Below are positions 1 through 13,835 of a stretch of 64,000 nucleotides of DNA, piece by piece. Below the pieces are notes generated by a model. That model worked only from the letters and a program-made list of their open reading frames with translations. It was not told where the DNA came from and made no database searches. The DNA is taken from positions 44,206,001 through 44,270,000 of the forward strand of contig OZ024747.1 of the NCBI GenBank assembly GCA_964016885.1, read 5' to 3'. The translations under genes and the position numbers were made by a program. The first letter of the stretch is position 1; each line of letters opens with the position of its first letter. This stretch comes from Eledone cirrhosa (Eukaryota).

Positions 1-449
1 TGGTGGCTGGTTTTGACTGTTGCAGGGGGCTTGTTTTGAGATTGTGTGTTAGTGACAGCAAGGATGGTGTTGGGTGATGGCTAAAATGTTTTCTGTATCT
101 CTTTTGCCAGGTTCATGGCTAAAAAAGAAAAATGTTCTTGTTCATGGAGCAGTTTTTGATTGGATTTGTGGTTACACCATTGGATAGGGTTGAAGTTCCC
201 TCTTTTATTGTCGTTGTTGCTGTACTTGTTGTTATTGTAATCGTGTCTTTGTGTAAAAACTGGAGCAGCATTACTTTTGTTGTTGTTGTTGTAATCGTGT
301 CTTTGTATATATATATAGTTAGGGAAGCAGAAAATTGCTTATTGTAATCCAGTTCGTGGTTAAGAAAACCAGTTTCATGGACGGTTTCAACATACGGTTA
401 GGGGTAACTCCACAAGTTTGTAAGAATCACGTTCAATCTTGGAGCATAA

Positions 450-806
450 AGAATAAAAGAGAAAACACAGGTAAGCATTAAAAAAAGATTTTATCCAGGT
501 ATTTACGACCGTTTCATTGGTAAGTGCAACCTTATATTGCTATACTGCAAATAGCAGCCACTTTAATAATAATTGTTGTTCACCTCCAAATTTTCAAAAT
601 AATGAATAAGTTACTTTTTTATATATTAAGAATCTTTTACGAGTGACTTATTCATTATTTTGAAAATTTGGAGGTGAACAACAATTATTATTGAGTGGCT
701 GTTATTTGCAGTATAGCAATATAAGGTTGCACTTACCAATGAAACGGTCGTAAATACCTGGATAAAATCCTTTTTTTAATGCTTACCTGTGTTTTCTCTT
801 TTATTC

Positions 807-807
<1 letters not shown>
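450..807. repeat. Fold-back palindrome, ~165-bp arms (450-615 / 642-807), abutting (TA)n
   Basis: agaataaaagagaaaacacagg...aagttact is the near-exact reverse complement of agtgactt...ctcttttattct, with a ~26-nt spacer. Confidence 0.95.
656..756 (+). ncRNA. Putative type-I hammerhead ribozyme, U3-A8 core variant (mirror copy 500-601, minus strand)
   Basis: tatt-TTGAAAA-[ttgg/ccaa, aggtg/cactt, caac/gttg stem II]-GAAA-C-GGTC-G-TA-aata; 4-bp stem I; gataaa follows. Confidence 0.5.
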
Positions 808-839
<32 letters not shown>

Positions 840-895
840 TATGTATATATATATATACATATATTATATTATATATTATATTATATATATATATT

Positions 896-928
<33 letters not shown>

Positions 929-930
929 AC

Positions 931-963
<33 letters not shown>

Positions 964-965
<2 letters not shown>

Positions 966-1050
966 GGCTGTCCTAAAAAATGTATACACACATTGATTGC
1001 AATATTTATTAGAATGGTGTTAAAGTGTGTATACATCTTTTGTGGACACC

Positions 1051-1053
<3 letters not shown>
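964..1053. mobile_element. Tc1/mariner-type MITE
   Basis: TIR CAGGCTGTCC..AAAATGTATACAC / GTGTATACATCTTTT..GGACACCCTG, preceded by TA; related copy at 33606-33683. Confidence 0.7.
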
Positions 1054-1106
<53 letters not shown>

Positions 1107-1356
1107 ATACTTTGGGAGGCTCATGTTGCCAATAAGAAACACACGCACCAGTTGCTTTCACTCCAATTTATTATAAATTAAATTTATAAATTTAAGAATT
1201 TATAAATTTGCGGTTGGTTGGTTCCAAATTGGAGTGAAAGCAACTGGTGCGTGTGTTTCTTATTGGCAACATGACCCTCCCAAATTATAACAATATCGGT
1301 TTCAACAAACGTTTTCAGATAAAGAATCTTGCTAACTTGCTAAACAAATTCGGAAA

Positions 1357-1430
<74 letters not shown>

Positions 1431-1450
1431 ATATATATATATATATATAT

Positions 1451-1987
<537 letters not shown>

Positions 1988-3004
1988 ATATAAAATCAAA
2001 AGATGGTTAAAAGTGTTCCATGTATTTTATTATGCGCATTTCAAAAACAAATATCATCATGGGATGATATTTGCGTTCTCATCAGATAAAATAGGGAGAC
2101 ATGATATGAAGTTTAAAAAACACTTGCGAGCAATGAAGTGTTAAATCAACATATATATATATGTATGTATACATATCGGTGGTATATTAGCAGAATCGAC
2201 AGAGCATCGGACGAAATATCTTGCGGTATTAATTTATGTATCTTTGCCGTCACCAGAAATTTATACTATCCACACACTACAAAGCTTGTCATCTTTTAAT
2301 ATACTAAGTAGTCGGAAGCTACATTTTGATCTACTGTCAATTTGTTCCTAACGATATTACAATATAACATTTCTCGAAATCTACTCGGAAATTTGTAAAG
2401 ATTTGTTTTCAACGCCGTAACAAACAAATTCGAGACATTTAATTGCAAAAGACAGGCAAGTAACATCTGTGATAAAAATGGTTCGTGTTTTCGTTGTTTA
2501 GTTTTTTTGTTTTGTTTTTTCCTTATTTTTTTTTTTTTTGTTTTCACGTCAAAACAACTTGAAAGGGCATGATTAGCATGGCCACCACTGATCAGTCATT
2601 GAAAGCCAAGCCGTTGTTTTATTTCACGATAATGCCAAGAATATGGTAAACTTTTCGTTGTGTTTGTTTATAATCTATCATTTCTAAACAATGATAGTTA
2701 ATACAAAAATGATTTTTTTTTTCTTCTGTCTACCTATTACCTACCTAGGCAGGGTTAAATATAAAAACTTACAAATTTTTCCTTCAGTTGCTTATTTTGT
2801 CTGTCTTTTTTTTTTTTTTTTTAGTTTGTCTTTTTTTTTAAGAAAGAATTTTTTCAGTTTTTGTCAAGTTCTTTACGCTGCCGTAAATATATCTGTTTGA
2901 TGTTTTTATCAACAATAAGTTCAACTAGTTGTTGAGATGAATGAATAAACATTATCTATGACCAGACATAAACCTTTGTCACAATAATGAGTTCATTAGT
3001 GACA

Positions 3005-3365
3005 TAACATCATCATCATGTATTTAATCATCAAGGCTATAATCGACCTCTTTCTTCTCATCCTCCCTATCTTCGTCAGTCATCATCATCATCATCGTTG
3101 TCATCATTATTATTTTCGTGAAAAATCATCACGATCATCATCATCATTATAAACACCACCACCACGATTATAATAACCGAAATCATGGTCACTGCTATAA
3201 TTAAATTCGTTAACATCATTATCCCAATCACCATTATCATTATTATCATCGATACTCCAATAATTTTCATCATCATCATCGATGACCTCGTCATCATTAT
3301 CATCTTTATCATCGCCATCAATATTTTTATCAGTACTATCACCAATATCATCACCATTGTTATTC
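3005..3365. repeat. Degenerate (CAT)n/(ATC)n trinucleotide repeat
   Basis: Directly visible; explains the poly-D/M/I ORFs. Confidence 0.9.
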
Positions 3366-4144
3366 AATATCTTCGTGAATATTCATAAACACTCACAATA
3401 ATTCTCGACCACTTCAAATTGTTCGAAATATACTAAAGATTTAGTAATCGTAGTTCAGTACCGATGTTTCTATTCAGTCGGTGTTTCTGAAGTAATCATA
3501 ATAGATCTGACAGAGCAATGGAATTAGGGACCTAAAAGAATACTCGTTAGATTCAGCTTTCTGTGCTGAGTTCAACTTCGGTCAACTTCGAATCCCATCC
3601 GTTTGTAGTTGGTACAATAAATCATCAGTATAGGATGATTCATTGGCAGAATTGGGAAAGGGTCGGAGAGATACCTTGTGATATTTGTTTCGGCTCAAAG
3701 CGCTGTGTGTTCAAATCCCACTATGGTCAAGTGAGATTTCGAAGCGTCTGGAGTCGGTAAAATAAGCTCCATTCCAGGTCGGTTGGTTGTTAGAATTAGT
3801 AGAGCGCCAGAGAAGATGATATGTTGCGATGTTTGTTTCAGCTCTCTGCCTTCTGTGGTTTCTCTTGGGTGGTAGAATTAATCCATTGTTCGGTTAAACA
3901 CCACCACTTGTTCCCTTGGTGCTTTTAGCGGAGTCCACTTGGTTTCAATAATTTTTTTTTTCTACTCAAAGATTGATAAAATAAATACCCGTTCGACCGG
4001 AGGTTCTCAAACTTTTTGGGCCACCGCCCCCTCACGGCCACATAATACCCTCAGAGCCCCCACCCTTATTTCCAGAGAGACCTGCCTACGCGCAATTTGT
4101 AGATAATATATAATATATAAAATCGTTAATTGATATATATTAAA

Positions 4145-4325
4145 TAATTGTTTCTACTTTTGGCACAAGGCCAGCAATTACCCAGTGTATTACTGGTACT
4201 TTATTTTATCGACCCCGTAAGGATGAAAGGCAAAGTTAACCTCGGCGGGATTTGAACTCAGATCATAAAGGGATGTAACTCTATGCTGCAAAGCATGGTG
4301 TCCGACTCTCTACTGATACTGTCAA
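4145..4325 (-). mobile_element. tRNA-derived SINE, family A (~190 bp; >20 full or partial copies in the window)
   Basis: A-box TGGCAGTATCGG-like and B-box GAGTTCAAATCC, central gcctttcatccttacggggtcgataaaataaagtaccag, tail ggccttgtgccaaaagtagaaacaattatt. Confidence 0.85.
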
Positions 4326-4529
4326 ATATAATATATACTATGTATAAATGAAATTTTTTTTTTCATTTTACTATATTTATACGTAATGTGCATCATTGAT
4401 ATTTGATATACTAGTATATCATCTATACCACTCCCACTGGCCCCTTAGGCTTCAGTGCCCCCCCCCCCATGGGTCTTCTGTATGGATGTATGGATGTATG
4501 TGTGAGCGTGTGTAAATATATATTTCTGC

Positions 4530-4571
<42 letters not shown>

Positions 4572-4632
4572 CGAAGGAATTGTAGTAAGAAACCAAATAG
4601 ACCATATCGCACGTCGGGGTCATACTTTTTCC

Positions 4633-4701
<69 letters not shown>

Positions 4702-4809
4702 TACCAGAAATATATATTTACGCACGCTCACACATCCATCCATATATATATATATATTTATTAAAATAACAGATTAAATTTTAAGCAAAGAATCGCTGCT
4801 TTCACCCAT

Positions 4810-4901
<92 letters not shown>

Positions 4902-5118
4902 CGTAAAATAAGAAAATTATAAAATTAACTTATATATATATATATATATATATAGTGAGAAGGTCCAGGGGGTCGCTGGAGCCTAAGGGGCAGTGGGTGT
5001 GATATAGATGATATACTAGTATATCAAATATCAATGATGCACATTACGTATAAATATAGTAAAATGAAAAAAATATATAGAATTTATTTATACATATATA
5101 TATATATATATATATATA

Positions 5119-6395
5119 GTGAGAATGTTATGAGGAATCGAAGAGGACGTGTGTGGGTGTAGACAACTCTAGTTATACAAATAAAATAATCGCTAGAAAC
5201 ATCGCACAAAATTATTTCAGGCCTCTAGTTACGAACATTAAATTTCCGAAATGAAATCTGGTCTCAATAATAAAAGAAGGCTATACCTCCTATGAACCAT
5301 TCTAGATATCATTTGAAACACGTGGCTGACATTCTTTCACAGATAAATATCAGAATTATCTCCCTTTAATTTTATCTCTTTTTAGAAATTAACCAAAATA
5401 TATAACAGACATAAATATATTTTAAACTAAAAAAGATAATTAACTGTCATTAAAAATGGAAAATTGAAGTTATGTATATTTAATATACATTAATAATTAT
5501 ATATTGATGAATACTTTTATCTGAATTAAGGTTAATAATTAAATTAAAGGTTAACTTTAGGTTGATATGTAAAATAGGACACGTCATTAATGTACCACAT
5601 AGAAATTGTATATATATTTGACAGTATCGACGTTTAGTTAAGACCATGCTTTTAAGGATCATTTCTTAAGTATGTGTCGCAACGGTATCCGATTCTATTG
5701 AGTGGTACAACAACACCACGATGATGAGGTGTAGCTCTTCTCCCTGAGCGTGAAACAGGTGAACTAGTCAAGTCTCCGCCTTTACTTGAATAGTTTTACC
5801 ATTGAGGATCGTTCTCAGTTAGTTTATTTAATGACTAACTGAGAGGGGAGCAGTGCCGCCTGAGTGGTGTTCTTTATATACATGTTATTTATAAAATTGT
5901 TAGTGGAGATTCTTTGCATTCACACTGAACATTCATATGAACAACAATTATTTCTGATAGAACGCCATGCTTCACGGCAGGATTTTTACGGCCCTTGCCA
6001 TTCTGAGTTCAAATACCGTCGATAAAATAAAGTACCAGTAATGCACTGGTTTTGCTGGCCTTGTGCCAAAAGTAGAAACAATGATATATATACATATAGA
6101 AGTAGTTCACCATACCGAGAACGAATGTTTCACCTTATTCGGATCATTATATATGGTGGAGGCCGGTGGATTGGCAATATCCGTAGAGGGTCGGACGCTA
6201 TGCTTTAACGCATAGAGTTAGGGCCCTTGCCATTCTGAGTTCGAATCCCGCCGAGGTTAACTTTGCCTTTCATCCTTACGGGGTCGATAAAATAAAGTAC
6301 CAGTAATGCACTGGGCTTTTGCTGGCCTTGTGCCAAAAGTAGAAACAATTATATATATACATATAGAAGTAGTTCCACAGCCGTTAGTTCTCTCT
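5119..6395 (-). repeat. Inverted partial copy of the tandem unit
   Basis: Reverse complement of ~11450-12560 plus ~13520-13615. Confidence 0.9.
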
Positions 6396-6499
6396 GTATT
6401 ATGAGTAAATGGGGTTCCACGTGCTGGCCGCCCCACAGTCTGGCGGACAGAATGGAGATGGCGTTTCTCGGGAGGATGGTAAGGGAAGAGCCATTCAAT

Positions 6500-6730
6500 C
6501 TCACACCTGCAGCTAGTTAGCTCAGCGCCTTTGGTGATAAGTAGGGAGGTAGCCCAAGGACCAAGGACACCAGAAGTCTCCACTGCTAGGGGAATGACCG
6601 CAAACCTGTCGGAGAGCAACTGATATTTGGAGAATTTGCCCTCCTCAGTCCGAAGTGCAGCAGAGCCTGGGTTAGTTGCGGCTGGAGAATGTGTCACTGC
6701 AAGTGGCATCCCAGACGAGGTGTTTGTCAC
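6500..6730 (-). pseudogene. Fragment of a non-LTR retrotransposon restriction-like endonuclease region (CRE/NeSL-type)
   Basis: AALRTEEGKFSKYQLLSDRFAVIPLAVETSGVLGPWATSLL matches the E..K..KY..L...F.P.A.ET.G..G..A motif; ORF runs on into SINE sequence. Confidence 0.7.
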
Positions 6731-7769
6731 CGCAGAACGAGGAGGTGGCCATGTGGATGTATAATAGATAATATAATATATACTATGAATAAATAAATAT
6801 TATATATTTTCCTCTTTGTACTATATTTATATATAATAGGTATTATTTGATATTTAATAAAGTACCAGTATTGCACTGGGTAATTGCTGGCCTTGTGCCT
6901 AAAGTAGAAACAATTATTTGATATTTAATATATTATTGAATCATCTTCACCGCCCCGACTGGTCGCCCCAGCGCTCCCTGGACCCTCTCAATGTTTCCTT
7001 GGGGGCGTTAGCGCCCACTTTGAGAACGTCTGCCGTAAAATATTCTCTCTGATGTTCTAACGGGTGGGGGGGGGGCTGCCAGTTCACCAACCAATCTAGC
7101 CAACCTTTGTAGCCGATACGATAAGAAGTTACAAACATTAAATTTTAAAAATGAAATCTGGCCTCAATCAATAATAGGATATACCTCCTATGAACCATCC
7201 TAGATCATTTGTATAAATGTTGTGTGTGTATATATACATATACGGTTGCTTATTGCCAAGCCCCTCGTCAGCTAGAATATTTTACGGCAGAGGTTCTCAC
7301 AGTGGACGCTACCGCCCCCAAGGAGACATTGAGAACGTCCAGTGGGCGCTTGAGTCTAAAGGGCCAGTGAAGGTGATATAATAGTATATTAAATATCAAA
7401 TGATAGATATATAGTAATATAGAAAATATATATTTATTTATCATAAATTAACGATTTTATTTATCATATACTATTTACAACGTGCGTGTATGCAGGTCTC
7501 TCTGGAAGTAGGGTTGGAGGCGTTGAGGGTATTACATGGGCCTGAATGGGGTGGTGATCCAAATGTTTGTGATAAACGTTTCCTAATAGGAAAATTATTT
7601 TTATTGAATCACTCATGAAACTTGCTATTGAAATGTCTGAATGGAAATAAGGTGAAACATTTGTTCTCGTTATGGTGAACTAACGGCTGTGGAACTACTT
7701 CTATATGCATAATATATAAAAATCCTACCGTGAAGCATGGTGGTGTCTGGCACTCTACCAGAAATAATT

Positions 7770-7956
7770 GTTTCTACTTTAGGCACAAGGCCAGCAAATT
7801 ACCCAGTGCATTACTAGTACTTTATTTTATCGACCACGTAAGGATGAAAGGAAAAGTCAACCTCAACCAGAATTGAACTCAGATCGTAAAGGGACGTACG
7901 TAACTATGCTGGAAAGCATGGCGTCCGGCCCTCTACCGATACTGCCAATCCACCAT
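7770..7956 (-). mobile_element. SINE family A with target-site duplication
   Basis: Flanked by cagaaataattg on both sides; site is empty in other units (~11825). Confidence 0.85.
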
Positions 7957-8006
7957 CAGAAATAATTGTTGTTCACTAACAATTTTATAAATAACATTTA
8001 TATAAT

Positions 8007-8179
8007 TGTTTCTACTTTTGGCACAAGGCCAGCAATTATCCCAGTGTAATACTGGTGCTTTATTTTATCGTCCCCGTAATGAAAGGCAAAGTTAACCTCG
8101 GCGGGATTTAAACACAGATCATAAAGGGACGTAACTCTATGCTTCAAAGCATGGTGTCCGACTCTCTACCGATACTGCC
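8007..8179 (-). mobile_element. SINE family A with 17-bp TSD
   Basis: aataacatttatataat at 7990-8006 and 8180-8196. Confidence 0.88.
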
Positions 8180-9057
8180 AATAACATTTATATAATGAAC
8201 ACCACTCAGGCGGCACTTCTCCCCTCTCAATTAGTCGTTAAATAAACTAACTGAGAACGATCCTCAATGGTAAAACTATTCAAGTAAAGGCGGAGACTTG
8301 ATTAGTTCACCTGTTTCACGCTCAGGGAGAAGAGCTACACCTCATCATCGTGGTGGTGTTGTACCGCTCAATAGAATCGGATACCGTTGCGACACATACT
8401 TAAGAAATGATCCTTAAAAGCATGGTCTTAACTAAACTACGATACTGTCAAATATATATACAATTTCTATGTGGTACATTAATGACGTGACTTATTTTAC
8501 ATATCAACCTAAAGTTAACCTTTAATTTAATTATTAACCTTAATTCAGATAAAAGTATTCATTAATATATAATTATTAATGTATATTAAATATACATAAC
8601 TTCAATTTTCTGTTTTTAATGACAGTTAACTATCTTTTTTAGATTAAAATATATTTATGTCTGTAATGTATTTTGGTTAATTTCTAAAAAGAGATAAAAT
8701 TAAAGGGAGATAATTCTGATATTTATCTGTGAAAGAATGTCAGCCAAGTGTTTCAAATGATATCTAGGATGGTTCATAGGAGGTATAGCCTTCTTTTATT
8801 ATTGATTGAGACCAGATTTCATTTCGGAAATTTAATGTTCGTAACGTTTTATCGTGTCCACAAGAGAGTCGGCTAGAAAGGTTGACTAGATGTGGTTCCA
8901 CCACAGCTGAAGACATTGCTGTCCTTTCTTATTAAACTCTGCTAAGTCCAATCCAGTGCAGGGGTGTTCCAGCAGGGGCATATCAGGTTGTGCTGTGTTT
9001 CGATGCCGCAGTCACACACAACGTCCCCATCCTTTAACCCTTTAGCATTCACATTAT

Positions 9058-9440
9058 TCGTGGTTTGGCAGTATCGGTAGAGGGTCGGACGCCACGCTTT
9101 GACGCATAGAGTTACGGCCCTTGCCATTCTGAGTTCAAATCGCGCCAAGGTTACCTTTGCCTCTCATCCTTACAGGGTCGATAAAATAAAGTACCAGTAA
9201 TGTACTGGTTAATTGCTGGCTTTGTGCCTAACGTAGAAACAATTATTTTATGGTGGGTTGGCAGTCTCGGTAGAGGTTCGGACGCCATACTTCGAAGCAT
9301 AGAGTTACCTCCCTTTATGATCTGAGTTCAGATCCCGCCGAGGTTAAATTTGCCTTTCATCCTTACGGGGTCGATAAAATAAAGTACCAGTAATGCACTG
9401 GGTTATTGCTGGCCTTGTGCCAAAAGTAAAAACAATTATT
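9058..9440 (+). mobile_element. Two tandem SINE family A copies nested in a piggyBac-type MITE (repeated at ~12770-13152 and ~17197-17580)
   Basis: ttaaccctttagcattcacatt (9035) resumes after the SINEs as ctatatatactattatattttgatgg...aatggttaa (9632); uninterrupted homolog at 58500-58672. Confidence 0.8.
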
Positions 9441-10007
9441 CTATATATACTATTATATTTTGATGGTAAAGGCTTTATCTCACATAATTATCCCACATAA
9501 TATCGAATCTATGAGATTTTAAAAGTATTTATTTTGAGAACAATACCTTAACATCAGTTTGAGCGACCAGTTACAGCCAGTTTCAACAGAAAGAGGTAGA
9601 GAGTTCTTACCGGTTTTAACATTTAATGGTTAAATATCTCCATTTTACCAGATTGGTTTTGCACAACCAACAATAGACCTTAATTTGTTGAGGAATTTCC
9701 ACACTGCATAGTTTATATCTGCTCCGGGAGTTAGTGCCTCACTCGCCTTTAGCTCCATTCTTGTTACATATGGGAGGTTGTTAAATGTTTCTTCCCAGCC
9801 TATAATTTTCTGTGATGTTTCTAGCGATTATTTTATGTGTATAACTAGTTTCCTACACCCACATACGTCCTCTTCGATTCCTCATAACCTTGTCACTATA
9901 ACATATATCTATAATATAACAAATATATATATATATATATACACACACGCTCACACATACATTCATATATATGTCTATCTATCTATCTATATATATATCT
10001 ATCTATC

Positions 10008-10178
<171 letters not shown>

Positions 10179-10291
10179 GTGTGTATACATAGCTAACCAG
10201 TAACCAACCCAAGGACGCGCAAAGGGGATGAAGGTGGGTGATATAGGCTTGTAGGGACAGAAAACCCCAGAAAGATCCGAAATCAATAGAC

Positions 10292-10379
10292 GTGTCCGAG
10301 GAACCTGTGAGTCTAGAGTCGGGTAGATCCACACACGGATCGCACCTCGAGCTGTTCGCCGGGGAAACAATTGTAACAC
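10292..10379 (+). ncRNA. Putative type-I hammerhead ribozyme with C4 core variant; copies at 14013-14100, 18624-18711 (mutated), 22430-22517, 26206-26262 (truncated), 26593-26680 (-)
   Basis: gtgt-CCGAGGA-[long stem II, cctg/cggg ... gatcc/ggatc]-GAAA-C-AATT-G-TA-acac, then AATAAA at 10382. Confidence 0.55.
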
Positions 10380-10430
10380 ACAATAAATTGAGTTCCGATG
10401 CATCACTGATTTTTCATTTTCCATTATATA

Positions 10431-10471
<41 letters not shown>

Positions 10472-10752
10472 TTATATATATATATTTATATGAAAACAGG
10501 GAGAAAAAGACGATTATTAAGAAGAAAACTTTTTTTTTCTCTTTTTTCTGGGTTAGAAAATGTTTAAAACAAAAGGTATTAGTTAATTTATTTATTAATT
10601 AACAATGGCATTTATTTATATATTTATTAATTGTCTCTCTCGCTCTCTCCCTATCTCTCTCTCCATATTTATATATATATATATACAATTGTTTATGCAT
10701 GCTGATGTAGGCGGTAAATTGCCAAGCCCCGGCCAGATAGAATATTTTACGG

Positions 10753-11071
10753 CAGAGGTTCTCACAGTGGACGCTACCGCCCACAAGGAGATATTGAGAA
10801 GGTCCAGTGGACGCTGGAGCCTAAGGGGCCAATGAAGGTGATATAATAGTATATTAAATATGAAATGATACATATATATAAATTTAGTAAAATAGAAAAT
10901 ATATAATATTTAATTATACTTAGTATATATTATACATAAATTAACGATTTTATTTATCATATAGTATTTACAACTTGCGTGTATGCAGGTCTCTCTGGGA
11001 GTAGGGTTGGGGCGTTGAGGGTATTACGTGGGCGTGAATGGGGTGGTGATCCAAATGTTTGAGAACGTTTG
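10753..11071 (+). mobile_element. hAT(Charlie/MER5-like) MITE, one per tandem unit
   Basis: CAGAGGTTCTCA ... TGAGAACGTTTG termini with GC-rich subterminal accgccc motifs; no clear TSD. Confidence 0.65.
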
Positions 11072-12619
11072 TGGTAAACGTTTCCTATAGTCCTAATAGG
11101 AAAGTTATTTTTATTGAATCACTCATGAAACTTCCTATTGAAATGTCTGGTGTTTCAACAAACACCAAATAAAAGAACCTAAAACATTCAAGCAAACAAT
11201 AGCTGCTTTACAACTTCACATCTTTTCTTCCGGTGGCATATATATAAGTTTCTACTTTTGGCACAAGGCCAGCAATTATTCCAGTGCATTACTGGTACTT
11301 TATTTTATCGACCCCGTATGCAAAGTTACCCTCGGCGGGATTTGAACTCAGACCATAAAGGGCCGTAACTCTTTGCTGCAAAGCATGGCGTCCGACCCTC
11401 TACTAATACTGCCCATCCACCATATATAATTGTTTCTACTTTTTGGCACAAGGGCAGCAAATACCAAGTGCATTACTGGTACTTTATTTTATCGACCCCG
11501 TAAGGATGAAAGGCAAAGTTAACCTCGGCGGGATTCGAACTCAGAATGGCAAGAGCCCTAACTCTATGCGTTAAAGCATAGCGTCCGTCCCTCTACGGAT
11601 ATTGCCAATCCACCGGCCTCCACCATATATAATGATCCGAATAAGGTGAAAGATTCGTTCTCGGTATGGTGAACTACTTCTATATGTATATATATAATTG
11701 TTTCTACTTTTGGCACAAGGCCAGCAAAAACTTAGTGCATTACTGGTACTTTATTTTATCGACGGTATTTGAACTCAGAATGGCAAGGGCCGTAAAAATC
11801 CTGCCGTGAAACATGGCGTTCTATCAGAAATAATTGTTGTTCATACGAATGTTCAGTGTGAATGCAAAGAATCTCCACTAACAATTTTATAAATAACATG
11901 TATATAAAGAACACCACTCAGGCGGCACTTCTCCCCTCTCAGTTAGTCATTAAATAAACTAACTGAGAACGATCCTCAATGGTAAAACTATTCAAGTAAA
12001 GGCGGAGACTTGACTAGTTCACCTGTTTCACGCTCAGGGAGAAGAGCTACACCTCATCATCGTGGTGTTGTTGTACCGCTCAATAGAATCGGATACCGTT
12101 GCGACACATACTTAAGAAATGATCCTTAAAAGCATGGTCTTAACTAAGCTTCGATACTGTCAAATATATATACAATTTCTATGTGGTACATTAATGACGT
12201 GACCTATTTTACATATCAACCTAAAGTTAACCTTTAATTTAATTATTAACCTTAATTCAGATAAAAGTATTCATCAATATATAATTATTAATGGATATTA
12301 AATATACATAACTTCAATTTTCTGTTTTTAATGACAGTTAACTATCTTTTTTAGATTAAAATATATTTATGTCTGTTATGTATTTTGGTTAATGTCTAAA
12401 AAGAGATAAAATTAAAGGGAGATAATTCTGATATTTATCTGTGAAAGAATGTCAGCCACGTGTTTCAAATGATGTCAAGGATGGTTCATAGGAGGTATAG
12501 CCTTCTTTTATTATTGATTGAGACCAGATTTCATTTCGGAAATTTAATGTTCGTAACGTTTTATCGTGTCCACAAGAGAGTCGGCTAGAAAGGTTGACTA
12601 GATGTGGTTCCACCACAGC

Positions 12620-12745
12620 TGAAGTCATTGCTGTCCTATCTTATTAAACACTGCCAAGTCCAATCCAGTGCAGGGGTGTTCCAGCAGAGGGCATATCAGG
12701 TTGTGCTGTGTTTCGAGGCCGCAGTCACACACAACGTCCCCATCC
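12620..12745 (-). pseudogene. 3'-end fragment of an I-group (Ingi/Vingi-like) LINE; also ~8910-9030 and ~17050-17172
   Basis: VCDCGLETQHNLICPLLEHPCTGLDL resembles the C-terminal C.CG..QT..H.L.CP....T..DL knuckle; the ORF N-terminus is SINE-derived. Confidence 0.55.
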
Positions 12746-13717
12746 TTTAACCCTTTAGCATTCAGATTATTCGTGGTTTGGCAGTATCGGTAGAGGGTCG
12801 GACGCCACGCTTTGACGCATAGAGTTACGGCCCTTGCCATTCTGAGTTCAAATCGCGCCAAGGTTACCTTTGCCTCTCATCCTTACAGGGTCGATAAAAT
12901 AAAGTACCAGTAATGTACTGGTTAATTGCTGGCTTTGTGCCTAACGTAGAAACAATTATTCTATGGTGGATTGGCAGAATCGGTAGAGGGTCGGACGCCA
13001 TACTTTGAAGCATAGAGTTACCTCCCTTTATGATCTGAGTTCAGATCCCGCCGAGGTTAAGTATGCCTTTCATCCTTACGGGGTCGATAAAATAAAGTAC
13101 CAGTAATGTACTGGATAATTTGCTGGCCTTGTGCCAAAAGTAAAAACAATTATTCTATATATACTATTATATTTTGATGGTAAAAGCTTTATCTCACATA
13201 ATTATCCCACATAATATCGAATCTATGAGATTTTAAAAGTATTTATTTTGAGAACAATACCTTAACATCAGTTTGAGCGACCAGTTACAGCCAGTTTCAA
13301 CAGAAAGAGGTAGAGAATTCTTACCGGTTTTAACATTTAATGGTTAAATATCTCCATTTTACCAGATTGGTTTTGCACAACCAACACTAAACCTTAATTT
13401 GTTGAGGAATTTCCACACTGCATAGTTTATATCTACTCCGGGAGTTAATGCCTCACTCGCCTTTAGCTCCATTGTTGTTACATATGGGAGGTTGTTAAGT
13501 GTTTCTTCCCAGCCTAAAATAATTTTCTGTGATGTTTCTAGCGATTATTTTATGTGTATAACTAGTTTTCTACACCCACACACGTCCTCTTCGATTCCTC
13601 ATAAGCTTGTCACTATACATATATCTATAAAATAACAAATATATATATATATATTTACACACGCACACACATACATTCATATATATGTATATATATCTAT
13701 CTATATATATATCTATC

Positions 13718-13835
<118 letters not shown>

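Noticed and set aside
5720-5750. C/D snoRNA-like ATGATGA...CTGA followed by GAAAC
   Set aside because: Boxes are only ~16 nt apart with no terminal stem, and no HHR stems form
9250-9340. tRNA genes suggested by A/B boxes
   Set aside because: No cloverleaf; the boxes lead into SINE core and tail sequence in many copies
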